Assembly: GCA_963707025.1 (NCBI GenBank)
Contig: CAVPOM010000005.1
Span: forward strand, 256,001-320,000
Reading direction: 5' to 3'
Origin: an uncultured Verrucomicrobiae bacterium
Lineage (GTDB): Bacteria > Verrucomicrobiota > Verrucomicrobiia > Limisphaerales > Palsa-1400
Length of the DNA: 64,000 nucleotides
This document shows, piece after piece, positions 18,071 to 27,837 of this stretch (its first letter is position 1; every line of letters begins with the position of its first letter). The notes beneath the pieces were generated by a model. The model was given only the letters and a program-made list of their open reading frames with translations, did not search any database and was not told the DNA's origin. A program made the position numbers and the translations under genes.

Positions 18071-18614
18071 AGTAGTCAACTACAATTAGTAATGACAGCA
18101 ATCGGCAAAAGTCGCGCTTATTTCATGCGCTCCGTGGTCTAAAGGATGGGGTCCACCTCACTTTTCGGGGTTACAAAAATAGCATCGCGTATCTGATTCT
18201 TGAGTGGTTCCGCAAAGAAGCGAAAGATGCGTCTTTTCGTCTCCTTGCAAAAGATAGAGAAGGGAAGATCGGCATCAATTATTCCGTCCTGAAAATACTT
18301 AAATGGGGTGTGTTTGGCGTTCTTTATTTTCTGTTCAAACCTCGACAACTCAGCCTGGGTCAGTTTGTTAAATGGTGGAGGTATTTCTAAAGCCTGTGGA
18401 GCAACGCATTGCAATACTCTGGACAAGGCAGTTGGACGCAACTTCAAATTGTGTCCCCTCCACCGCGTTTCAAAATATGCCAATTCTACAAAGCATCTAG
18501 CGGTGGTGGCCGCGCTCGCCTCATCCACCGGCAGACCTTCAAACAATTTATCGAAAGATTGTTCAACTTGGCTTTTGTCCATAATAATCCTGCTGGTGAA
18601 TCTTGCCTCGTGAG

Positions 18615-19043
18615 TTATTGAAAATGTATGGCTTCGCCTCTATACACTGCATCCTGTGACGGATTAGTAAAACCAAAGGCCCCGCTCTTCGCAGCAATAG
18701 CCATTCCTTCCTGCCCACCCACGACATCTCCTCGATAGAGGATTAGAGCGTCTGCCCCAAGGTCGGCTGCTCGATACAGGAAGGCTTTAATGAACGCTGC
18801 TTCTTCGCCCGCGTGCCCCTCGACCGTCATCAGCGCCAGAACATCATATTTGCCCTCGATTTCAGCTTGAGGCGTGCCGTAAGGGGTTTGACTTTGGATC
18901 AATTTCACAGTTCCGTAAGGCTTTTTCGGCAGTGGGTTTGCAAAGGTGAGAACCTTAGTCCGGTTATAGTGCGGTGTGGGTTCGGTACCACAACCGAGGA
19001 AAACCGATAGGACAGCCAAAAAAAGAAGGAATGTTTTTCTCAT
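18615..19043 (-). CDS. Hypothetical lipoprotein
   Basis: MRKTFLLFLAVLSVFLGC lipobox; ATG at 19043. Confidence 0.7.
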   Translation of the reverse strand: MRKTFLLFLAVLSVFLGCGTEPTPHYNRTKVLTFANPLPKKPYGTVKLIQSQTPYGTPQAEIEGKYDVLALMTVEGHAGEEAAFIKAFLYRAADLGADALILYRGDVVGGQEGMAIAAKSGAFGFTNPSQDAVYRGEAIHFQ

Positions 19044-19440
19044 GGTTTCACTCTGGAATGCCCTATGGGCTTTGTCAATATCCATTGACACGACGCGCGA
19101 AGAAGTCGAGGTGATTGTGAAGTTCGTCGTCGCCTTGAAAGTGAAAGTGAAAGGGTCAAGCCCGGAATTCGGAATTATGGTTCGAGCAGATTGTCCGAGA
19201 AAAGCGACGAACCGGCACAAGCCCTCCCAGGTGGTGACGGCATTGCCGCCAGTGTTGCGAGGGCAGCCGGGGCTCAATCCTGGCAGCAATGACGGCACGA
19301 CCTAGCACTTGTCGGGGCTGGGTTTTCGCGTGTTGGCGTTCGGCTTGGCCCCCCTGCCTTGAGCAAGCCGAATGACGGCACGGGAAAACTCAGCGGGGAA
19401 ATCCCTTCCGGGTCTGTTTTGTCTCCCAAAAAGAAAGGCG

Positions 19441-19469
19441 TTGACATTACGAATACACTGTGTTAGGTT
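19441..19469 (+). promoter_or_regulatory. Sigma70 promoter of the HTH-xis-int operon, probably leaderless
   Basis: TTGACA-N17-TAGGTT with extended TG; ATG 7 nt after the -10. Confidence 0.65.
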
Positions 19470-19475
19470 TGCATT

Positions 19476-20099
19476 ATGAATAAAGAGTTTCCGTATTTGA
19501 ATGTTCCGGCCAGCTTGAAACCGATTGTCGGTGTCCCTGATCCTGAGACGCGAATTTATCGGCGCGAAGGGAGCGATGAGGAGTCCGGCCCGTGGTTTGA
19601 TGCCCTTTGTGAGCATTTCCCCGGTGAGGGCTTTATTTCCCCCGGTGGCGTTGGGATGTACGCGCCCGTATCGCGGGCAGGGGTGTACAAAAGATTGAAA
19701 GAGGGCAACTTGACGGCGTTCTGTTTTCATGTCGTGAAGGCGGAGCGGTCGCTCTTCGGGTATCAAAAGAAGCTCAAAGAGCGCCCTTACGTTTATGTCG
19801 CGGTGAGCGAGTGCAAAGCCTGGGGCCAAGACCTGAGAGCGCGTCCAGATCGGAAAGAGGCGTATATCGAAGCTGCCGGGGGCGAGAAACCAGACGGGCA
19901 AGGTGAATTTCTGGACGAACCAAGAAAGGTCGCGGCGGCGGGAAAAATGAATCGAAAGGCTTTGAAGGAGATTGTCCGGGAAGTCTTCCAAGAAATGCTG
20001 GATGAGGATTTGCCGACATTTTCGCGGGCAAAAGCCCGGCGTGAGGTCGCGGCCAAAGCCAGGGCAAAACTGGACGGGAGGAACAAAAATGCAAAATGA
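19476..20099 (+). CDS. Hypothetical protein with possible HTH
   Basis: ISPGGVGMYAPVSRAGVYKRLKEG resembles an HTH; first gene of the operon. Confidence 0.65.
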   Translation: MNKEFPYLNVPASLKPIVGVPDPETRIYRREGSDEESGPWFDALCEHFPGEGFISPGGVGMYAPVSRAGVYKRLKEGNLTAFCFHVVKAERSLFGYQKKLKERPYVYVAVSECKAWGQDLRARPDRKEAYIEAAGGEKPDGQGEFLDEPRKVAAAGKMNRKALKEIVREVFQEMLDEDLPTFSRAKARREVAAKARAKLDGRNKNAK

Positions 20100-20331
20100 A
20101 GTTGAAACGAAATCGGACCGGGTTATGAGATTGCCAGAGATTGCGGTGAGCCTGGGCGGTCTGCTTCGATTGAGGGTCGCTGCCGCGCGGCTGGGGGTAA
20201 GCGTTCGCACGGTTTACCGGATTATCGCGGAAGGCGGATTAAAGCTGGTGCATATCCGTGGATGCGCCTGCATCTCGGAAAACGAGTTGGTCAACTATAT
20301 TGAGCGAAACACACAAAGGAGAACGGCATGA
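20089..20331 (+). CDS. Excisionase-like HTH protein
   Basis: LLRLRVAAARLGVSVRTVYRIIAEGGL; ATGA overlap with the integrase. Confidence 0.8.
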   Translation: MQNEVETKSDRVMRLPEIAVSLGGLLRLRVAAARLGVSVRTVYRIIAEGGLKLVHIRGCACISENELVNYIERNTQRRTA

Positions 20332-21612
20332 TTAACACCATTTTCAAACCCAGAGGTTCGCGGATATGGCGGTGGAAATTCCGGCAGTGCCCGGCAGACG
20401 GCAAAGTGCAAGACGTATCGCTCGGCACGTCTGACAAACAGGTGGCCGAAAAAATCAGGGGCGAGCGGTTGCGGGAAAAGGAGCATGAACGGGCCGGGTT
20501 TATCCCGCCAAAGGCCACAAGGGATGCGGCGCAACGCAATCTGGCGGACCATTTGCAAGACTTCCTGGGGGACATGCGGCGGCGCGGCAAGTCGGAAAAG
20601 TATCTGGCAAACCTTGAATTTCGGGTTGGCCAGGCTGACGGCGGATTGCGGCTGGAACACGGCAAAAGACGTGTCGGCGGATTCATTTCAAGCCTGGATG
20701 CGCGGGCGGCAGGAATTGAAGGACAAGACCGCAAACGACTATTTGGAAGCGGCACGGTGCTTTTTTAACTGGCTGGTGAAGCTCGGTCGCGTCGGTTCAA
20801 ACCCGCTGCTCTCGGTGGAAAAGGTGAAAACGAAGGGCGGCAAGGCGGATGAGGTTCGGGCATTCAGTGATGACGAAATGTTGCGACTGCTCGCGGTGGC
20901 TGGCGCTCGCAAGCCGGTTTATTTGATGGCGGTGCATACGGGTTTGCGGAGATCGGAACTGGCGGCGCTCAAGTGGGATGATTTGCACTTGGATGCGGTA
21001 ACACCCTTCGTCAAGGTTCGGGCGTCAACAACCAAGAATGGCAAACCGGCGGACATGCGTTTGCTGCCTGAACTGGCGGCGGCGCTCGGCGAATTCAAAA
21101 CCAGTGGGACGCCTGGCAATGCGCTTGTTTTTACCGGCATTCCACGGATTGAGAGGTTTTACAGGGATTTGAAGAAGGCCGGGATTCCGCCCCAGGATGC
21201 ACATGGACGCAAGGCGGTGTTTCATTCGCTGCGTCATACCTTCGGGACCAACTTGGCGCGGGGCGGGGTCGCCAGCCGTGTTGCAATGGCATTGATGCGG
21301 CACAGTGACCGGCGGCTGACCGATAAAATTTACACTGACGAAAACTTGCTCGGCACTTGGTCGGCATTCGACAGTCTGCCCAACTATGAAGAGCGAGCCT
21401 CACAAATAGCCTCACAGATTTTAGTCGCGGCGGGTCAGAACGTGTCACAGACTGTCGCAACGGGCGGCGGGTTGGACAGCAATAAAACCCTTGTGAACAA
21501 AGGGGAATGTCACGTTTTGACACTACCTGTCACAACGGGTCACGCAATGGAGAATGGCGGGAGTGGCGGGGCTCGAACCCGTAACCTCTGCCGTGACAGG
21601 GCAGCGCTCTAA
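20328..21612 (+). pseudogene. Tyrosine integrase with a frameshift near 20630
   Basis: N-terminus in ORF 20328, catalytic part in ORF 20485 (HTGLRRSEL, FHSLRHTF, MRH, IY); ORF runs antisense into the tRNA. Confidence 0.88.
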
Positions 21613-21631
21613 CCAATTGAGCTACACCCCC
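21555..21631 (-). tRNA. tRNA-Asp(GTC)
   Basis: 77-nt cloverleaf GGGGGTGTAGCTCAATTGGTTAGAGCGCTGCCCTGTCACGGCAG...TTCGAGC...CCA. Confidence 0.97.
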
Positions 21632-21645
21632 GGAGGGGATGTGTT

Positions 21646-21674
21646 AAATTAGTGAATCCTCCCCTCTTCGTCAA
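21646..21674 (-). promoter_or_regulatory. tRNA promoter
   Basis: TTGACG-N17-TAATTT. Confidence 0.6.
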
Positions 21675-22100
21675 CGTTCAACCGAAGAAAAAAAAGTTCG
21701 GGCAGCAGACGCCAAGGAGGTGGGGGTGGGGAACCCCGCTGAAGAAACGTACCGCTACCCGAACCTAAATCCTAAATCATTTTAGGACTTTGCCGCGATT
21801 TGTCAATGGCTAATTCAATCAGGAAAAACGCCGCCCTGGCGTAGGGGATTCCCTGACACCGCCCCGGAATGGTTCACCGCGGCTGTCTCCCATTTCGTTC
21901 CCTTGCATTTTGCATTCTTCATTTTGCATTTTTGCCTGCTCACCCCGGCCCGCCCCTCCTGCATCACCTTGCTCCGTTCACTCTTCGCCATTCCTTCAGA
22001 ATGCGAATTTCCCGCCGCGGGAATGGAATTTTTTGGCCGAGCCCGGCATTGACTTTTATCCAAAAGCAATTCTACTGGCGGGGAAATGTTCTTCCCGTGA

Positions 22101-23210
22101 TTGATGAAACCGCCGCTTGATTTGACGAACTTAAAAGTTTTCCCCCTCGCCCAGCGCGTCAGCGAGGCGCGGCTGGAGGATATCCTGGTGGCGCCGGATT
22201 CAAATCCCCCGCCCTGCTCTGCCCGGAACCGGGTTCTGATCCGGCACTGCGCCCGGCGCCTCGCGCAAGCCCGCCAGCGCCAGGCCGCCGTCATGCTCAT
22301 CTACGGCGCGCACCTCATCAAAAACGGGGCCGCCGCCATTTTGATCCGCCTTTTGCAAGGCGGCTGGATCACCCATCTGGCCACCAACGGCGCGGGCGTC
22401 ATCCACGACTGGGAGTTTTCCTTCCTCGGGCGTTCCACCGAGAGCGTCAAGAAAAACGTCGCGGCCGGCACGTTTGGCGCCTGGCAGGAAACCGGCCGCA
22501 ACCTGCACCTCGCCCTGCTCGGCGGCGCGCTGGAGGGGCGCGGTTTTGGCAGTTCCGTTGGCCAATTCGTGGCCCACGACGGCCTGACCCTTCCCTCCCG
22601 GGCCTCGCTGGAAGCCGCCCTGCGCTCCGAACCGTCCCATCCCCTGGCCCCCGCCCGCGCCGACTTGCTCCAAGCCATGCGCGTTCACCGCCTGGCCGCC
22701 GGACGGCACGAGGTCAAACATCCCTGGAAACAAACCTGCGTCCCGGCACAATGCTTCCGGCAAGACATTCCCCTCACCGTTCATCCCGGCATCGGCTACG
22801 ACATCCTGGCCAACCATCCCATGTTCAACGGCGCCGCCCTCGGACGGGCCGCTGAAACCGATTTCCGCTCCTTTGTCACCTCCGTGGACGGGCTGGAGGA
22901 TGGAGTGGTGCTTTCCGTCGGCTCGGCCATCATGGGTCCGCAGGTCTTTGAAAAGAGCCTCAGTTGCGTCAACAATTTGCGCCTGCAAGCCTGCCGCCCG
23001 ATCATCCGGGGCCACACCATCTATGTGGTGGATTTACAGGACGGCGGCCACTGGGACTGGACCCGGGGCGAACCGGCCAAGGACAATCCGGCCTACTATT
23101 TGCGCTTCTGCAAAAGCTACTCCCGGATGGGCGGCGGCATGGTCTATTTGCAATGCGACAATCTGGCCTTCGTCCATCGCCTCCTGCGGGAATTGGAAAA
23201 GCCCGGCTGA
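22101..23210 (+). CDS. Hypothetical protein, deoxyhypusine-synthase-like fold
   Basis: YGAHLIKNG, HLATNGAGVIHDWE, SVGSAIMGPQVFEK motifs. Confidence 0.6.
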   Translation: MMKPPLDLTNLKVFPLAQRVSEARLEDILVAPDSNPPPCSARNRVLIRHCARRLAQARQRQAAVMLIYGAHLIKNGAAAILIRLLQGGWITHLATNGAGVIHDWEFSFLGRSTESVKKNVAAGTFGAWQETGRNLHLALLGGALEGRGFGSSVGQFVAHDGLTLPSRASLEAALRSEPSHPLAPARADLLQAMRVHRLAAGRHEVKHPWKQTCVPAQCFRQDIPLTVHPGIGYDILANHPMFNGAALGRAAETDFRSFVTSVDGLEDGVVLSVGSAIMGPQVFEKSLSCVNNLRLQACRPIIRGHTIYVVDLQDGGHWDWTRGEPAKDNPAYYLRFCKSYSRMGGGMVYLQCDNLAFVHRLLRELEKPG

Positions 23211-23363
23211 ACCTGATGCCTCAGCCATGGGTGGCCCTGCCAGCCATAATTGGAAGATACAAATTGGGGGGTGCGCGGTGTCTATATAGTGAAAAACGAA
23301 GCTGGCGGTACCGGCGGAGCGCCGGTAACGTCAAGTTTCATGCGCAGGAAAGAATCTGATATT

Positions 23364-23795
23364 ATGAAACAGATTGACTCTTTGGAGCAGGAGATGAGGC
23401 AGTGGCGGCCACGGAAACCGTCGGAGCGGCTGGCGCGGCGGTTGTTCGGCCGGGCGGAACTGGCGCCGGGCACGCTACGGCGGACGCAGTTCTGGAACTG
23501 GTTGACGCCGGTGGCGGCTTGCGCGCTGACGCTTTTGGTGGCGGTGGGGAGCGCCAATTATCGCGATAAATCGGGGGCAGGGGAAGGCGGGGGACTGGTT
23601 TTTGCCGGCTTGATGGTTGATCCCGGGGCATCGAATTTGCCGCAGATGGTGCTGCTCAACGAAATGGATGAGAATGTGCAATGGAATGCGTGCCCGAAGC
23701 TGGCGCCGCCGGCGGGCGCCAAAATCGTCGGGGAATCGTCTGCGCCGGCCGGAGCGCGGCGGGCGGCAGCCACGAATTTGAACCGGAATTTTTAG
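23364..23795 (+). CDS. Putative anti-sigma-like single-TM protein
   Basis: LEQEMRQWRPRKPSERLARRLF followed by a TM segment. Confidence 0.55.
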   Translation: MKQIDSLEQEMRQWRPRKPSERLARRLFGRAELAPGTLRRTQFWNWLTPVAACALTLLVAVGSANYRDKSGAGEGGGLVFAGLMVDPGASNLPQMVLLNEMDENVQWNACPKLAPPAGAKIVGESSAPAGARRAAATNLNRNF

Positions 23796-23798
23796 AGA

Positions 23799-26700
23799 AT
23801 GAATCCTGAACCGCCGCAAAAACCGGCCTCGCCCAAGCCGCCCTTGCCCCTGACAAAGTGCCCGCGGCCCGGCCGGCGACCGCCGCCAAGCCGGGCGGCC
23901 AAGCCTTTGTCCAAAGCGGCGCCCGCGCCGGTCAAGGTGCCGCCGCTGTTCCGGAGGATTGACTGGCTGGCGCTGCTGATTTGCTTCGCAGTGGTGGAGA
24001 CGATTTACCTTTCCACCTTGTCGCCGGAAGTGACGCTGGAGGACTCCGGCGAGCTGGTGACCGGCGCGTTCTGGGCCGGCATTCCGCATCCGCCGGGCTA
24101 TCCGTTTTGGGCGATCTATTCCTGGCTCTGGACGCAACTGGTTCCGTTCGGCAATGTGGCCTGGCGGGTGGAATTGGGGCAGGCGGCGGCCATGGGCATG
24201 GGCTGCTCGTTGATCGCGATGATGGTGTCGCGGGGGAGCAGCATGCTGATGGAGGGCATCGAGGAATTGAAGGGAGTGGTGGGGAAATGGGAAAACGGGA
24301 TTTGTGTGGTGTGCGGGGTGACGGCGGGGCTGCTGATGGCGCTGGATAATTCGATGTGGTACGAGTCGGTGGCCATCAACCGGATTTCGGAGTTCGGGGT
24401 GCCGTGGCTGCTGCTGCTGTTGCTGTGCATGTTGCGGTGGATTTACGCGCCGCACCAGCGGGGGTATTTGTATTGCGCATTTTTTTTGATGGGAATTCTC
24501 TCCACGATTCATCAAACGCTGACCATGGCGGTGATGGGGATAGAGATTGGCATTGCCTTTACGCAGCCCAAATTGGGGCGCGATTTGTTTTTGATCAACA
24601 CCCTGTTCTGGCTGACCGGGTTGATGATGTTCGATTTTACCAACCCCGTGGTGGAGGGCATTTTCAATGTGATCGGCATCGCCTCGCTCCTCGCCTGTGT
24701 CTGGATGACGGTCCGCACCATGGGGCTGTTGACGGAATGGAAGGCGTGCTCGTTCATCATTTTGCTGACGGTGGCGGGGGCGTCCTTTTACTTCTACGAG
24801 GCGATAGCGGGCATGACCAATCCGCCGATGGAATGGGGCTATCCGCGCACGGTGGAGGGCTTTTTCCACGCCCTGCAGCGCGGCCAGTATGAGAAGCTTA
24901 ATCCGACCAACATCATCACTGACCCGCTGGCGTTTCTGCAACAACTCTGGCTGCTGGCCAAGGGCGTGGTGGACGCCTTCAACCTGGTCTATGTGTTTTT
25001 TGCGCTGCTGCCGTTTTTGTTCTTCCGCAAGATGCAGCGACGGGAACGGAACTGGCTGATAACGGTGGCGGCGATCTATCCGTTTCTGGGGGTGTTGCTG
25101 ACGATCTTTCTCAATCCCAAGCAGGACCGGCAGTCGGTGGAATTGCTGCGGGTGTTTTTTGCCGCCTCGCACGGGGTGGTGGCGATCTTCATCGGCTACG
25201 GGCTGGCCTTGACGGCCGCGTATATGGCCACGCATTATCAAAGATTCCGGCGCTGGGGATGGGTGGGCGGGGCGCTGGCGCTGGCGCTGGCGTGTTTCAG
25301 CCTGTGGGACACCGCCGGGAAACTTTATTTGGGGCTGGACGGGGTGGCGAACCTCAAAGATTTGCCGGGCTGGGTGGCCAAGGCCTTCGAGCCGCAGCAA
25401 TACGGCCTGCCGATTTACGCCGGCTTGATTCTGCTGGCGCTGCCGCTCCTCTTTCTCGTGGCCCTGGCCGTTTACCGCTCGCGGGCGCCGCTGCTGGTGA
25501 CGCTGGGCTTGTTTGCCGTGATGCCGGTCTGTTCCGGCTTGTCCCATTGGTATCACAGCGAGCAGGGGGGGCACTGGTTTGGTTATTGGTTCGGGCACGA
25601 TATGTTCACCCCGCCCTTCAAGGGGCCGGACGGCAAGCTGAGCTACGACGCGGCTTTGCGGGACAAGGCCATGAAGGGGACCAACGGGAACCTGATTTAT
25701 CCGGAAATGGCGCCGGACACGGTGTTGTACGGCGGGACGGACCCGGGGCGGTTTTGCCCGACTTACATGATCTACTGCGAGAGCTTCATTCCGCCCTCCT
25801 GCCAGCCGGAGCAAGACCAGAAGTTCAGCCGCCGGGATGTGTATTTGATCACGCAGAACGCGGTGGCGGACCCGACCTACCTGGACTACATCCGCGCGCA
25901 ATACAACCGGAGCACGCAGTATGATCAGCCGTTTTTTCAAATGCTGCTGCCCACCAAGTTTCCGGCCTATTTTCACGAACCGACCGGCAGACCGATTTCG
26001 TGGCTGGACGATATTTTTGAGAGCATCGGGGCCAGGATCGAATGGCGGCGGCGGACCGGGACCTCCTGGTTCAAGGAGGACCAATTCAAAGACGTGACAA
26101 AACTGGCGGCCCAGTTGTGTCCGCACGGCGGCCAGGATGAGTTGTCCAAGTTTCTTTATGGGAAGTTGAGCCAGCAGACGCAGGGATTGGTCTCGGGCCA
26201 GGCGGACAAGGCGGCGCTCGCGCGGGCGCTGGCGGGCGATTTCAACCGCCTTTTGAACCTGACCAACAACACGGCCGACGGGCCGGTGATTTATGCGCCA
26301 GCCCGGTTCCAGAACATCAAACTGCCGCCGTTGATCGAGAAGGCGGTGAAGAATTGGGATGACCAAACGGCCAGCACCAAGGTGCGCCTGAACCGGCGGA
26401 TGCTGGAGGAGGCTTACCCGGAGGAGATCGTGAAAAGTCTGGGCGGGGTCTATCCGGACACGGAAATCCAGGAGCCGGGCAAGACGGACTCGGAGCAGGC
26501 CTATCGCGACTATCAGGACGACGCGCACCGGCGGATCGAGCATGACGCCAAGTTTCCAAACGAACCCAAGCAGGTGCGGCCGGACGAGAGCATGATCATC
26601 ACCAAGGACGGGCAGATGCAACTGACCGGCCAGGGGGGGGTGTTCAGGATCAACGGCGCGCTGACCCAGTGGATCTTCGACCGGAACCCGGACCACGAGT

Positions 26701-27740
26701 TTTACGTCGAGGAAAGTTTTCCGCTGGATTGGATGTATCCGTATCTGACCCCTTTCGGCATCATCATGAAAGTCAACCGCCAGCCGGTGCCGGAAATCAC
26801 TCCGGAGATGATGGCCCGGGACCACCAGTTCTGGAGCGATTATTCGGAGCGCACCATCGGGAATTGGATCACTTACGACACCTCGGTCAAGGAGATTTGT
26901 GATTTTTGCGAGAAGGTCTATGTGACCCATGATTACAGCGAATTTAAAGGCGATCCGAAATTCGTGCGGGACGAGGACGCGCAGAAGTCGTTTTCCAAGT
27001 TGCGCAACGCCATCGGCTGCAGCATTTACCAGTGGCGGGCGGGACTGCTGGGAGGCAGCGCGCCCCCTCCTCCGCCGCTGAGCCAGGCGGCCAGGCAGCA
27101 GATCACCAGGGAGGCGGAATTCGCCCTCAAGCAGTCCTTTGCCTATTGCCCGTTCAGCCCGGAACCAATTGTCCATTTGATGAATTTATATCAAGTCCAG
27201 AACCGATGGGAGGACACCCGGCTGCTCCTCAAGACGGCGCAGAAGCTGGATCCACACAGCGACCAGATCAAGTATTGGCTGGACATCACGGAAAGGGCCA
27301 TTGCCGACCAGCACACCCTGACCGGGCAACACTTGGCCCGGGTGCAACAGCTCCTGCAAGCGGGCAAGAGCGGCGAGGCCGAGACGTTGCTGGATATGAT
27401 GGCGCAAGAACCGCGCGCCGACGCCGACACGCTGCTCAAGGCGGCGATGTCTTATGTGGCCCTGGGCAAACCGGGCAAAGGCGCGGCGGCCGTGCATCGG
27501 TTGACCGAGCAGAACCCGAACAATTGGGAGTTGTGGTTTTATCTGGCGCGCATGCAGGCCCTGGATGGCAAGGCGGGCGAGGCGGCCACCGCCCTGGGCA
27601 AGGCCTTCGCCCTCAATTCTTCCGACCGCCTGACCAATCAACCAACCGCCAACCTGCACGACTTTGTGCGCCAGGACAAGAGTTTTGACCCGATTCGCCA
27701 GACGCCGGAGTATCAAAAGGCCATGGAAAACAAAAAGTAG
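23799..27740 (+). CDS. DUF2723 (TMEM260-like) multi-TM glycosyltransferase with TPRs, copy a
   Basis: VTLEDSGEL...GIPHPPGYP motif, many TMs, C-terminal TPRs. Confidence 0.85.
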   Translation: MNPEPPQKPASPKPPLPLTKCPRPGRRPPPSRAAKPLSKAAPAPVKVPPLFRRIDWLALLICFAVVETIYLSTLSPEVTLEDSGELVTGAFWAGIPHPPGYPFWAIYSWLWTQLVPFGNVAWRVELGQAAAMGMGCSLIAMMVSRGSSMLMEGIEELKGVVGKWENGICVVCGVTAGLLMALDNSMWYESVAINRISEFGVPWLLLLLLCMLRWIYAPHQRGYLYCAFFLMGILSTIHQTLTMAVMGIEIGIAFTQPKLGRDLFLINTLFWLTGLMMFDFTNPVVEGIFNVIGIASLLACVWMTVRTMGLLTEWKACSFIILLTVAGASFYFYEAIAGMTNPPMEWGYPRTVEGFFHALQRGQYEKLNPTNIITDPLAFLQQLWLLAKGVVDAFNLVYVFFALLPFLFFRKMQRRERNWLITVAAIYPFLGVLLTIFLNPKQDRQSVELLRVFFAASHGVVAIFIGYGLALTAAYMATHYQRFRRWGWVGGALALALACFSLWDTAGKLYLGLDGVANLKDLPGWVAKAFEPQQYGLPIYAGLILLALPLLFLVALAVYRSRAPLLVTLGLFAVMPVCSGLSHWYHSEQGGHWFGYWFGHDMFTPPFKGPDGKLSYDAALRDKAMKGTNGNLIYPEMAPDTVLYGGTDPGRFCPTYMIYCESFIPPSCQPEQDQKFSRRDVYLITQNAVADPTYLDYIRAQYNRSTQYDQPFFQMLLPTKFPAYFHEPTGRPISWLDDIFESIGARIEWRRRTGTSWFKEDQFKDVTKLAAQLCPHGGQDELSKFLYGKLSQQTQGLVSGQADKAALARALAGDFNRLLNLTNNTADGPVIYAPARFQNIKLPPLIEKAVKNWDDQTASTKVRLNRRMLEEAYPEEIVKSLGGVYPDTEIQEPGKTDSEQAYRDYQDDAHRRIEHDAKFPNEPKQVRPDESMIITKDGQMQLTGQGGVFRINGALTQWIFDRNPDHEFYVEESFPLDWMYPYLTPFGIIMKVNRQPVPEITPEMMARDHQFWSDYSERTIGNWITYDTSVKEICDFCEKVYVTHDYSEFKGDPKFVRDEDAQKSFSKLRNAIGCSIYQWRAGLLGGSAPPPPPLSQAARQQITREAEFALKQSFAYCPFSPEPIVHLMNLYQVQNRWEDTRLLLKTAQKLDPHSDQIKYWLDITERAIADQHTLTGQHLARVQQLLQAGKSGEAETLLDMMAQEPRADADTLLKAAMSYVALGKPGKGAAAVHRLTEQNPNNWELWFYLARMQALDGKAGEAATALGKAFALNSSDRLTNQPTANLHDFVRQDKSFDPIRQTPEYQKAMENKK

Positions 27741-27770
27741 GACTAAATGGGCTTGACGGCAAGGCAGGCA

Positions 27771-27826
27771 GGTAGGGCGGGCAGTCCTCTGCCCGCCGCG
27801 GCGCGCACGGGAGTGTGCGCCCTACC
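27771..27826. repeat. GTAG-type REP doublet
   Basis: GGTAGGGCGGGCAGTCCTCTGCCCGCC...GCGCCCTACC. Confidence 0.7.
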
Positions 27827-27837
27827 AGTCAAAACTG

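Larger units (their letters stand above)
16668..18160 (+). mobile_element. IS3-family element, copy A
   Basis: TG..CA ends; IRs TGAGCTGGACCCCTATTTTTAGACCAC / TGAGGTGGACCCCATCCTTTAGACCAC; CTT target duplication. Confidence 0.95.
16403..18582 (-). pseudogene. 227-aa hypothetical gene interrupted by IS3
   Basis: Removing the IS and one CTT copy restores the frame: ...VTPK-R-LETYHH... Confidence 0.8.
14108..21579. mobile_element. Integrative element at tRNA-Asp (integrase, excisionase, HUH Rep remnant, TA module, cargo, IS3 insertion)
   Basis: Flanked by duplicated tRNA 3' end; tyrosine integrase adjacent to the tRNA. Confidence 0.88.

Noticed and set aside
19044..19298. N-terminal extension of the lipoprotein ORF
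   Set aside because: The signal peptide begins at 19043; the upstream part may be a gene remnant but cannot be assigned
14108..21579. Prophage or inovirus call
   Set aside because: No capsid, Zot-like ATPase, terminase or tail genes are recognisable
23475..27176. 1233-aa minus-strand ORF
   Set aside because: Antisense shadow of the GC-rich DUF2723 gene; no recognisable motifs
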